Shown one piece after another: positions 45,145 to 54,735 of a stretch of 64,000 nt of DNA. Numbering within the stretch: the first letter of the stretch is position 1; every line of letters starts with the position of its first letter. The notes beneath the pieces were generated by a model, which saw only the letters and a program-made list of their open reading frames with translations, was not told the DNA's origin and ran no database searches. This DNA comes from Obrimoposthia wandeli. Taxonomy: Eukaryota. The DNA lies in contig CDROCS010005705.1 in NCBI GenBank assembly GCA_977020255.1, positions 62,001 to 126,000 of the forward strand, in the 5' to 3' direction. The translations under genes were made by a program, and so were the position numbers.

Positions 45145-46005
45145 TTACCCCATAGCTTGCTGGTCAAAAAACGATGCTGTGCTTGGTATTTCAGGTAGGT
45201 CTATTGCATAGGCAATAGAGCGCACAGTGTTTGTCTTCTTGCCTCGCACTACTAACCCTTCATACTTTGAAGGCATGGGGTTGCTTGAATAAGGAATAGC
45301 ATCTTCTGCAGAATATACCGTGATAAACAATGTTCTTGGATCTTTACCGATATTGGGTTTAGATCCATGCAATAGTCTTGTGTGCATCAAACAAACAGAG
45401 CCAGCAGAGCCTGTACAAGTCGTAGCTTTGTGTTGGCAGTCTTTGGTTAATTCATCTGTAACTGATCCCGTAAAAGTGCCATTTTGCCATAACCCGTGAA
45501 TATCCCCTTTATGTGAGCCGGCAACTACCTCAAGAGGCCCATTCTCTAGAGTTACCTCATCGACCATCAATAACGCCGTTACTAAATCATCATTAGAGTG
45601 AGGAGTGAATGGAAAATCTTGATGCCATTTAACTTGGGTCTTTCCACCTGGTAGTTTGGAATTTATTTTGCTGTGATGCAGTTTGACGTTGGGGCCGATT
45701 AAATCAGCAACGCAATCCGTCATTTTGCTTGAAGCCATTGCATTGTAATATGCCTCTGATATCTCCACGGGGGCATTAATGCGGCGTAGCTCAGGTTTTT
45801 CCGAAGTATGGCCAATGGCCAAATCAAAGCGTGGTCTGTTATCTATTGTTTCACCATAAGGCTGGTTATGATGGCGGCTGTCTTGCGTCCATTTTGCAAA
45901 ATCATCTTTCAATGTTTGCAGCAAATTACTATCAACAGCATTTTCGACTACAAGATATCCCTGCGCCCAAAATTGTTCTTTTTGTTCTGCAGATAATGCT
46001 TTCAT
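45145..46005 (-). CDS. Fe(II)/2-oxoglutarate dioxygenase, PhyH family
   Basis: QFWAQGYLVV N-terminus, WHQD (HxD), LLHGS distal His, PR 2OG-binding Arg. Confidence 0.9.
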   Translation of the reverse strand: MKALSAEQKEQFWAQGYLVVENAVDSNLLQTLKDDFAKWTQDSRHHNQPYGETIDNRPRFDLAIGHTSEKPELRRINAPVEISEAYYNAMASSKMTDCVADLIGPNVKLHHSKINSKLPGGKTQVKWHQDFPFTPHSNDDLVTALLMVDEVTLENGPLEVVAGSHKGDIHGLWQNGTFTGSVTDELTKDCQHKATTCTGSAGSVCLMHTRLLHGSKPNIGKDPRTLFITVYSAEDAIPYSSNPMPSKYEGLVVRGKKTNTVRSIAYAIDLPEIPSTASFFDQQAMG

Positions 46006-46103
46006 ATGGTTATCCCTCTACTAATTGTCAGATTTATAGGCATACTAGCAGCTCTGTAAGAATGGTAAAAATTGGTTTAACTTATCTTTAAGGAATATTT
46101 AAT

Positions 46104-47006
46104 ATGGTTAAATTGACAATAAAACAATGTACATATTTTGTCGCAGTAGCAGAGCAAGGTGGAATAGCGCAAGCTTCAAGAGTGCTTAATATTTCTCAGC
46201 CTGCAGTTGCGCAGGCTATTGATAAACTCGAGCATTTATTTAAATTTCGGCTATTTGAAAGGCATCATGCTCGAGGCACTGAGTTAACACCACAAGGACG
46301 TGCATTTCTTGGTTCGGCACGAAGCTTTTTATTGCAAGCTGAGCGGACTCAGCAAGATGCACAAGCTATCGCAGCTGATATGGCAGGCGTTATCCGTTTA
46401 GGTTGTTTTCATACAATGGCTCCCTATTACCTGCCACAGATAGTAAGTGCTTATAAAAAAGAGTTACCAAATGTGGAAATTACTCCTTCAGAACTACGAC
46501 AAGATGAGATTATCTACAGCTTAGCAGCAGGGGAAATTGATCTGGCATTAACTTATGATATGTCGCTGCAAGATTACCCAGTTGAGCGCCAAGTAGTCAC
46601 TCAATTGAAACCGTTTATCTTGCTGGATAAGGATCATCACCTTGCTCAGCAAGCTTTAATATCGCTTGAAGAAATGGCACAAGAGCCTTTTGTAATGTTT
46701 GAAGGGCATTCAAGTCGTGAGTATTTCGAAAACATTTTCGCATCTTGTGGGGTTACTCCTAAGGTAGTTTACCGTTCAAAGTCAATGGAATCAGTGCGAA
46801 GTGCTGTCGCAAATGGCCTTGGATTCTCTCTGGCGGTTATGCAGCCGCAGAATGGAAAAAACTGCGACGGTAATGCTGTAGTTCGCGTGGAAATTACTGA
46901 TGATATAGAGCCTCTACAAATCGTATTAGCTCACAAGCAAGGTGTGCCTTTGTCGGGACAAGTAGAAAAGCTGGCATCTTTTTGCGAAATTTATTTTCAA
47001 CAATAA
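46104..47006 (+). CDS. LysR-family regulator, divergent from the dioxygenase
   Basis: YFVAVAEQGGIAQASRVLNISQPAV HTH. Confidence 0.95.
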   Translation: MVKLTIKQCTYFVAVAEQGGIAQASRVLNISQPAVAQAIDKLEHLFKFRLFERHHARGTELTPQGRAFLGSARSFLLQAERTQQDAQAIAADMAGVIRLGCFHTMAPYYLPQIVSAYKKELPNVEITPSELRQDEIIYSLAAGEIDLALTYDMSLQDYPVERQVVTQLKPFILLDKDHHLAQQALISLEEMAQEPFVMFEGHSSREYFENIFASCGVTPKVVYRSKSMESVRSAVANGLGFSLAVMQPQNGKNCDGNAVVRVEITDDIEPLQIVLAHKQGVPLSGQVEKLASFCEIYFQQ

Positions 47007-47087
47007 CAGTAATTTTATTTACTACCCTTATACAGGGCTTAGTACATGAGCCCACTTACTTCGTAAAATTTATATTGTTAAAAGCCG

Positions 47088-47143
47088 CTGTCATTATTTT
47101 GTAATGTTTGTGTCACGTATTTGTCATATTCATTGCGCATAAT
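47088..47143 (+). promoter_or_regulatory. Tandem Pho boxes plus -10 for the ABC operon
   Basis: CTGTCAT/TTGTAAT/GTGTCAC/TTGTCAT at exact 11-bp period (47088, 47099, 47110, 47121); CATAAT 10 bp after the last repeat. Confidence 0.8.
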
Positions 47144-47146
47144 CCG

Positions 47147-47158
47147 TGGTGTAGACCA
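47147..47158. promoter_or_regulatory. PhnR/PhnF-type operator over the predicted start site
   Basis: TGGTGTAGACCA (TGGT-NTAN-ACCA). Confidence 0.7.
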
Positions 47159-47313
47159 AACAAATAATCATTTAATATCTTAATTAACTATTAGATCAGC
47201 TAACTTGCTTTATTAATTTATTAGCTTCAAGGGGAGTTAATGAAAGATAGAGCTATGGATGCACAGCACTCAAAACTGATAGTTAAATCAATATAAATTA
47301 TCAAGGGATAAGC

Positions 47314-48342
47314 ATGACATTAATTCGTAAAGCCAGTGTTGCTGCACTCGCATTAACTAGCTCTGTAGCTGCACTTGAGATCCAAGCTAAAACTGATCTA
47401 ACTGTTTATACCGCGCTTGAAGCGGATCAGTTAAAAACTTATGCAAATGCTTTTGAAAAAAGCAATTCGGATGTAAAAATCAACTGGGTACGTGATTCAA
47501 CCGGCATTATCACCGCAAGATTGCTTGCTGAGAAAGCTAATCCACAGGCTGATGTTGTACTAGGGTTAGCGGCTACTAGCTTGTTGGTTCTTAAAGACCA
47601 AAAAATGTTACAAAGCTATAAGCCAGAAGGCGTTGAGAAGCTAAGTAAAAAATTTGTTGATGCAGATAAAACCCCTTCATGGATAGGTATGGATGCTTGG
47701 GTTGCTTCGATCTGTTTCAACACTGTTGAAGCTAAAAAGAACAATTTGCCGATGCCAACAAGCTGGCAAGATCTAACTAAGCCAATTTATAAAGGGCATG
47801 TGATTATGCCTAACCCAAATTCATCGGGTACAGGCTTTTTAGACGTATCAAGCTGGTTGCAAAGCTTTGGAGAAGATAAAGGCTGGGCGTTTATGGATGA
47901 GCTACACAACAACATCTCTCGCTATACACATTCAGGTTCTAAGCCATGTAAATTAGCAGCATCTGGTGAAACAACAGTAGGCGTTTCTTTTGCTTATCGC
48001 GGTGCTAAGTTAATGGCAAAGGGCGCGCCTATTGAAGTTATCTTTCCTACAGAAGGCTTAGGTTGGGATATGGAAGCCGCTGCAATTGTTAAAGGGACTG
48101 ATAAATTAGCCGCTGCGCAAACGTTGATGAACTGGGCAACAACTCGCGCTGCGAATGAATTATATAGCCAAAGCTACGCTGTTGTCGCTATGCCAGGCGT
48201 TGCTAAGCCGATTAAAAACTATCCTGCTGATATTGAAAACCGCATGATCGATAATAACTTTCAATGGTCAGCAGTTAATCGCTCGCGCATCTTAAAAGAA
48301 TGGCAAAAGCGTTATAACTCAAAGAGTGAGCCAAAGAAGTAA
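47314..48342 (+). CDS. Putative 2-aminoethylphosphonate ABC transporter, periplasmic binding protein
   Basis: Signal peptide; LTVYTALEADQL, WVRDSTGIITARLLAEK, RYTHSGSKPC match the PhnS2/AepS-type family. Confidence 0.88.
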   Translation: MTLIRKASVAALALTSSVAALEIQAKTDLTVYTALEADQLKTYANAFEKSNSDVKINWVRDSTGIITARLLAEKANPQADVVLGLAATSLLVLKDQKMLQSYKPEGVEKLSKKFVDADKTPSWIGMDAWVASICFNTVEAKKNNLPMPTSWQDLTKPIYKGHVIMPNPNSSGTGFLDVSSWLQSFGEDKGWAFMDELHNNISRYTHSGSKPCKLAASGETTVGVSFAYRGAKLMAKGAPIEVIFPTEGLGWDMEAAAIVKGTDKLAAAQTLMNWATTRAANELYSQSYAVVAMPGVAKPIKNYPADIENRMIDNNFQWSAVNRSRILKEWQKRYNSKSEPKK

Positions 48343-48396
48343 CAGCACTTTAAGCGCTTACAGGCATTGTTAACAATATAACGATGGCTCGCTATC

Positions 48397-48427
48397 ACGG
48401 CACTTTAAAGAAGTGCCGTATTTTTTT
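48397..48427 (+). terminator. Stem-loop/terminator after the binding-protein gene
   Basis: ACGGCACTT-TAAAG-AAGTGCCGT-A-T7. Confidence 0.7.
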
Positions 48428-48594
48428 AAAAAGAGCAAATACTGCTCTTAATCACAATTTGAATTTTTAGAAATTTTTGCTCATCTACCGTGAAAAATAA
48501 TACAGCAGTTAAAAACTGCCAATATGCACCTTTACACCCGTAAACTGCGCTAGTTGACGATTTGTTCATTGTTATATTATTCGCTGGTTAGGTT

Positions 48595-49752
48595 ATGCAG
48601 ATCTTTCCTATGGAGAGCAGCGTGCATCCTACCTACTTAAATATTTTCCAGCTTGAAAAACGATTTGCAGATTTTGTCGCATTACAAAATATATCACTAT
48701 CGGTAAAGGAGGGAGAGTTTGTTTGTTTTCTAGGGCCGTCTGGATGTGGCAAGACAACATTATTACGCACTATTGCTGGATTAGAGCTTTGTAATAAAGG
48801 GCGTATAGAGCAAGGGGGTGTTGATATTACGAATGCACCTGCGCAGTTACGAGATTTTGGTATTGTGTTTCAGTCTTATGCATTGTTTCCCAATTTAAAT
48901 GTGGCCGAAAACATTAGCTATGGTTTAGTAAATAAGAAGCTATCTGCAAAAATAATAAAAAATAGAGTTAAAGAATTATTACTGCAGGTAGATATGCCAG
49001 GTATTGAAGAAAAGTACCCCAATCAGTTATCAGGCGGTCAACAGCAGCGAGTAGCGCTAGCAAGAGCGTTAGCGATGGAGCCGGGGCTATTGTTGCTTGA
49101 TGAGCCACTATCTGCATTAGATGCTCAAGTTCGTTTACATTTACGCCAAGAGATATGCAAGTTGCAACGCGGCTTAGGTATAACCACTATTATGGTGACG
49201 CACGATCAAGAAGAAGCTCTGACTATGGCAGATAGAATTGTTGTGATGAATAAAGGGAAAGTAGAGCAAATTGGTACACCAGAAGAGATTTACAGTCACC
49301 CAAGTAATGCTTTTGTTGCAGGATTTATAGGTAAAATGAATTTGATAAAGGTACCAGTACAAGCATGCGGGCGCATATTAATTGGCGACAGGCCTTATAG
49401 ATTACGACGAAATTTAGCTGCGAATATTAAGAGTGGGTTATTGGGTTTTCGTCCAGAGGCAGTCAGTATTAGAGACAGTGGTGAGGATTTATCTAAAATA
49501 GGTCAAGAAGGTGAAGGGGGTATAATACTAGAGGCGAAAGTCAACGAAGTTACTTTTATGGGAGCTTTTTGTCGCTTCCAGTTGAGTCTAGAGTTGGACG
49601 ATGTAACAATTGAGCTGGATATCAGTAGCCAGCATCCACTTTTGGATAATGAGCACCGTTGCATTACCGACAAGGGAACAGCAGTATACCTGCAAGTGGA
49701 GAGCAAGAATCTACATTTTTATCCTCATGAAGATGCAGAGGTTGCAGCGTGA
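48595..49752 (+). CDS. Putative 2-AEP ABC transporter ATP-binding protein
   Basis: GPSGCGKT, LSGGQQQR, LLLDEP, VTHDQEEA. Confidence 0.92.
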   Translation: MQIFPMESSVHPTYLNIFQLEKRFADFVALQNISLSVKEGEFVCFLGPSGCGKTTLLRTIAGLELCNKGRIEQGGVDITNAPAQLRDFGIVFQSYALFPNLNVAENISYGLVNKKLSAKIIKNRVKELLLQVDMPGIEEKYPNQLSGGQQQRVALARALAMEPGLLLLDEPLSALDAQVRLHLRQEICKLQRGLGITTIMVTHDQEEALTMADRIVVMNKGKVEQIGTPEEIYSHPSNAFVAGFIGKMNLIKVPVQACGRILIGDRPYRLRRNLAANIKSGLLGFRPEAVSIRDSGEDLSKIGQEGEGGIILEAKVNEVTFMGAFCRFQLSLELDDVTIELDISSQHPLLDNEHRCITDKGTAVYLQVESKNLHFYPHEDAEVAA

Positions 49753-51461
49753 TGAGTGCCGCTCATAAGAGCATTACACCAAGACAGGGAATCTCAGGAT
49801 TAGGGCTTGAACTTAGCATTCAACGGCTATTGCTTATTATAGCGGTGGCTTTTTTAGTGGTAGTGTTATTACTACCACTATCGACAATGTTATTGAAAAG
49901 CTTTCAAAATGCTGAGGGCGAATTTGTCGCAATGGCAAATTTTGTTGAATATTTTAGCAATCCGGCGCTATTTAACTCTATCTATAATTCATTGACTATC
50001 GCCATCATAACCACCTGCATTGTGGTCAGTAGTGCGTTCATAGTAGCTTATGCGCTAGCACGAAGCTGTATGCCCGCTAAGAAAATTGTAAAAGTCATTG
50101 CCAGTTTGCCATTGTTCGCACCTTCACTGCTACCCGCTCTTAGCCTTATCTATTTATTTGGCAATCAAGGTGTATTCAAAGGTATTTTGTTAGGCGAGTC
50201 AATTTACGGGTCAATCGGAATCGTCGTCGGCTTAAGTTTTTGGCTGTTCCCACATGCTTTGATGATTTTAACGACTGCATTTGCCAACAGTGATGGGCGT
50301 TTATATGAAGCGGCAGCAGCATTAAAAACACCAGCTTGGAGGGTGTTTCTAACGATTACGTTACCGGGAATACGCTACGGCTTAGTCAATACAGTGTTTG
50401 TTTGCTTTACCTTGGCAATAACTGATTTTGGTGTAGCTAAAATTATAGGAGGACAATACAACGTATTAGCAACAGATATCTACAAGCAAGTGATAGGTCA
50501 GCAAAATTTTCAAATGGGTGCAGTCGTTAGTGTCGTATTATTAATGCCAGCCATTCTTTCATTTTGGGTTGAAAGGCGGGTGCAGCGTAAACAAGCTTCT
50601 CAATTAAGTGCCAGGGCTGCAGTGTATCAACCACAAGTTAATACACTGCGTGACAGCCTCCTGTTAATAATTTGCGGGGTGATATGCGGCTTTTTGCTGT
50701 TAGTAATAGGGATGGCTATCTATGGATCGCTGGTTACTTTTTGGCCTTACAATTTAAGCTTATCGCTTGATAACTATCAGTTTGATCAGATGGATGGGGG
50801 AGGTTGGGCTTCGTATAGTCATTCATTAGAAATGGCTTCATGGGTGGCTGTAATTGGCACTGTTATTATTTTCTGTGTCGCTTATTTAAATGAAAAAATA
50901 ACTACTTTTGGGCTGTTAAGGCAGTTGCTGCATTTCTTGGCCATGCTACCTATGGCAGTTCCAGGATTAGTACTAGGCTTAGCCTATATATTCTTTTTTA
51001 ACGCACCTAACAACCCTCTTAATTTTATATACGCTACTATGGGTATTTTGGTAATCAACACTGTAGTGCACTTTTACACCGTTTGTCACTTAACTGCGAT
51101 TACCAGCTTAAAACAGATAGATAGCGAGTTTGAATCGGTAACTGCATCATTAAAGGTGCCATTTTATATCACTTTTCGAAAAGTTACTTTGCCTTTATGT
51201 CTGCCGGCTGTGCTTAATATTTCAATGTATTTATTTATAAATGCGCTCACTACTGTATCAGCAGTAGTATTTTTATACTCAGCAGATACCACACTTGCTT
51301 CTGTTGCGATAATGAATATGGATGAAGCTGGAGATACAGCACCAGCTGCGGCAATGGCTGTCTTGTTAATGGGCACGGCGTTAGCTGTAAAAGGACTCCA
51401 CTGGTCGCTAAGTTGCAAGCTATTAAATAAAACTCAAGCTTGGCGAAATACTAAAAAGTAA
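49749..51461 (+). CDS. Putative 2-AEP ABC transporter permease (fused duplex)
   Basis: Two EAA loops (LYEAAAAL; FESVTASL); FAPSLLP motif. Confidence 0.9.
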   Translation: MMSAAHKSITPRQGISGLGLELSIQRLLLIIAVAFLVVVLLLPLSTMLLKSFQNAEGEFVAMANFVEYFSNPALFNSIYNSLTIAIITTCIVVSSAFIVAYALARSCMPAKKIVKVIASLPLFAPSLLPALSLIYLFGNQGVFKGILLGESIYGSIGIVVGLSFWLFPHALMILTTAFANSDGRLYEAAAALKTPAWRVFLTITLPGIRYGLVNTVFVCFTLAITDFGVAKIIGGQYNVLATDIYKQVIGQQNFQMGAVVSVVLLMPAILSFWVERRVQRKQASQLSARAAVYQPQVNTLRDSLLLIICGVICGFLLLVIGMAIYGSLVTFWPYNLSLSLDNYQFDQMDGGGWASYSHSLEMASWVAVIGTVIIFCVAYLNEKITTFGLLRQLLHFLAMLPMAVPGLVLGLAYIFFFNAPNNPLNFIYATMGILVINTVVHFYTVCHLTAITSLKQIDSEFESVTASLKVPFYITFRKVTLPLCLPAVLNISMYLFINALTTVSAVVFLYSADTTLASVAIMNMDEAGDTAPAAAMAVLLMGTALAVKGLHWSLSCKLLNKTQAWRNTKK

Positions 51462-52209
51462 GAAATTCAGAATTTGAATTTGAATTTTATGCAGTTAAGG
51501 GTAATGCGCTTTGACTGCTAGAAGCACTATAAGTATACGATTTTTAGAAAGAGAAGCTTAAAAAATATTTACAAAACAGTTTTAATGAGCGTTAAGGCAG
51601 TTAAGGTTTATTTATAATCTGCATACCCATACTATTTTGTGTTGCACTGAAAAAGGTTCTCCATTGGAAGTTTCCAGATTTTTTATTATAAGTGCTGATT
51701 GGCTCATTCTAGAGCCATTGTGTAGCCCAATCAACACCCGTTTTCGAAAATATGCTGTTTTTATTTACGGCTTTTATGTTTGGGCTATTGACATGTATAA
51801 GCCCAAAACCAAGAGTTCAAGGTATTACTAGGATGAGCTATAAGACTTGTACCATCCATTATAGGTACATGCAAATTTGGCTTTAAGTCGCTATGTAGTA
51901 AAAGCATATGAATCAACATAACCTGATGTAAGTTACTATAGGCACTCGAAAAAATAAGGCGAATAATCGGGTATTATATACAGCTAGAATGTTTATATTG
52001 CATAGATTAAAGAAAAAAGATTGTCTATATTAGGGAGCCTGCAATCAAGTCCCTAACGCCTCTGGCGTGCAGGATATTTCGTGATTAAAGCAATACTTAC
52101 AGGGAGCTGGTTGCCTGGCAAAAAGCATCAACGAAGAGCGCTGGGTTTTCTGTACATCTCGTAGATTGAATGTCTAAGGAGTTGCCTCCGTTGTGAACCC
52201 CTTGAAAAG

Positions 52210-52875
52210 GACTCGCCATTTACTTCGTGTTTTTCGCGGATCTATCCCTCCCTTAGTTCTTCCTTTGTCTATCCAAATTGGTAGAGAAGATGCTGATTTT
52301 TCACATGGCTAGACGTTATTTTATTGGTATGGTGGATTTCTTTCGCTCCTTTTGTTGGGATGTATATGGCTAGAGTATCAAAGGGAGGAACGGTTAGAGA
52401 GCTCGTTCTATGATCATAATTGTGCCGACGATGTTAGGTAAGATATGTATGGGTGTTTTCTTGGAGGCAGCTATTATCCAGGTAATAAACGATTCAGCTG
52501 CTCCGGAGGCAAGTGTTGGTCTTAAATTGAAATTATTTGTAATCATTTAAGAATTTTCGTTAGCGAATATTCTATCAATAATCTGCATCGTGCTGGTATT
52601 AGTCTTCTTCATAACTTCATCGGACCCTGGGTCTTTAGTGATTGATTCCATAACAGTCGAGGGGAAAGCAAGACGCTCCCGTAGTACAATAGATCTTTTG
52701 GTGCTCTTTTTAGGGATTAGTTGCTATCGTATTATTATTTGCAGACGGTTTAGAGGCGTTAGCAGCGTTACAGTCTATGGCGGTGTCTACCGGTTTACCC
52801 TTTACATGAGTTTTGCTGGCTATGTGTTTAAGCTTGTATTTAGGGCTTAAAGAAGCAGGCAAGCCTGATGAGTAA
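52210..52875 (+). pseudogene. Decayed BCCT (betaine/choline/carnitine) transporter, C-terminal half
   Basis: Frames join to HG*TLFYW / [23 protein letters not shown] / FFITSSDPGSLVIDSIT / ALQSMAVSTGLPF, with several stops and frameshifts. Confidence 0.85.
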
Positions 52876-53418
52876 AGTTATTAAGTATGTCACTTTAAAT
52901 TAGATTAAATGTTAAACTATTGGCTGAATTTAGCCGATAAAGTAAATGCTACGTTACCCAATAAAGGGCTAACTCACGGTAGTGTTGTAGTATGAAGTTA
53001 TTATAAAAAACAATGCTAATTTGAAAACAGCCTTGAGTGGATGTTGAGCGGACTTGATATAGATCAGGAAGAAATCAGTTAGAATAGCATTTTGCTTGGT
53101 CATAAATTATTGTGTAAGACTTTGATTCGCTCTAAAAGTCGGCTGTTATTATATTACAGGTTTATCAGTGAAGCGTATTATCGATCTGGTATTTGTCTGT
53201 ATCTATCGGTCAAAAATGTTGCCTTTATTTAGCTTAAATTGTAATAAAAAATAGCAATTAATAGACACTTTTGGCTAATAAAGATTGATAGATAATATTA
53301 TTTATAAAATAAATAGCATATAGATTACTATTTATCCGATGAATCCTATAGAATGGTGCGCATTTTTAAGATGCGTATTTGCGTGTTAACCCAATAGTAA
53401 ATTAGGAATTTTGATTCA

Positions 53419-53628
53419 ATGAGTAATAAATCCTTTGTTCGTCAGCGTATCTGTATCTATGCAGGACAAGAAGTAGATCCAGATAACGATGAGCAAGTTG
53501 GTAATATCCTTAGGTTCAAGCTTGGTATTAAGCTCCCTCAGCGTACTTCTATGGATGATTCTTTGTCCTCTTCTACCAGCGATCATGAAATTATTACGCT
53601 GATTAAAAAATATAGAGCCATGCGTTAG
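53419..53628 (+). CDS. 69-aa protein resembling the DNA polymerase I thumb subdomain
   Basis: AGQE....EQVGNIL..KLGIK...DHEIITLIKKYR pattern; SD AGGA upstream. Confidence 0.65.
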   Translation: MSNKSFVRQRICIYAGQEVDPDNDEQVGNILRFKLGIKLPQRTSMDDSLSSSTSDHEIITLIKKYRAMR

Positions 53629-53786
53629 TGTGACCTGGTGATAATCGTTAAAAAATCCTGATGTTTTGTCATCAATAGTGATCAGGCAAGCAAGTGGAGT
53701 TGTATTGAGCTGCTTGTGGTCTGATTTATCATTGCATGTAGTATTGCTGTGATCTAATTGTTGGCTAAGGAATAGAGGTTATCTAG

Positions 53787-54347
53787 ATGAGGCTGCTGTG
53801 TTTGGCAATACTTGTTCTAGCGGTTTTGTATGCAAAAAGTACGTATGCAAAAACAGATTCGCAGGCAAAGTCACGTGTTAACGACATTGACTCTATCATT
53901 ATACATTCAGTGGGTGGTCCTTATTGTAAAGATGGGCGGGTGCTTTTTAGTTCTGCCAGAAGTGGGCTATTATTTTGGCAGGGATTTTTCGCAAAACAGC
54001 CTGTCATTGGTATACATTACTTAATCGCGCGTGACGGCTCTATTGCAAGCAGTATTTCTGAGGCTAAGGTGGCCAATCATACCTTGGGCTGGAATTTACG
54101 GTCAATTGGCATTGAGTTGCTTAATGCGGGCGATGGTGTGGAGCCTTATTCGGATCTACAGATATCGTCCTTGATTGTGTTGGCTAAAAACATCATGGCA
54201 AGAAACCCGCAAATAACTGCAAAAAAGGTGTTAAGGCATTCTGACGTCGATAGCCGTTTTTTTGGCTGTGATGGCTTGCAAGTTAAGCGCAAGCAGGATC
54301 CAGGTGCTATGTTTGATTATCAAGCGTTCATAAAAGCTATCTCTTAG
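53787..54347 (+). CDS. Secreted N-acetylmuramoyl-L-alanine amidase (Amidase_2)
   Basis: Signal peptide; IIIH, HYLI..DG, SIGIEL, RHSD zinc ligands. Confidence 0.88.
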   Translation: MRLLCLAILVLAVLYAKSTYAKTDSQAKSRVNDIDSIIIHSVGGPYCKDGRVLFSSARSGLLFWQGFFAKQPVIGIHYLIARDGSIASSISEAKVANHTLGWNLRSIGIELLNAGDGVEPYSDLQISSLIVLAKNIMARNPQITAKKVLRHSDVDSRFFGCDGLQVKRKQDPGAMFDYQAFIKAIS

Positions 54348-54638
54348 TTTTTATCATTCCTCGTATTACTGCTGTCCTTGGCGTTTGAGTCGCTAGAAAA
54401 CACTAGTTAAATTTTCTCTGTAGCAAGCTGGCTACTTGTGAGTAATCACCAATTGTAATTTCATTAGCATCAGTTCATGTAAAAGCGGTGTGATACCTAA
54501 AGTGCGTTAGTTTTAGTTTTTGGTAGGTGCTGTGATATGAATGAGCAGTTAAAATGCATACAAATAGACTAAAGTTCACTCTCAAAAACCGCTTTAAAAT
54601 TAAATAGATCGCCATGGTTAAAAAACATACCAATTAGG

Positions 54639-54667
54639 TTGACTCTAGCAATGGATGCAAGTAGAAT
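54639..54667 (+). promoter_or_regulatory. S10 operon promoter
   Basis: TTGACT-17bp-TAGAAT plus discriminator TTGCGTCCC. Confidence 0.85.
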
Positions 54668-54735
54668 TTGCGTCCCTTTCTAAGAGAGGGAGGCAGTTCG
54701 CTGTCTTACTTAAACTTAAATTAAGTGTGATCAGA

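Noticed and set aside
51875-51898. Minus-strand LHSDLKPN resembling a kinase catalytic loop, and ORF 51637..51831
   Set aside because: Eight residues in a stop-riddled frame with no other kinase motif; chance match likely
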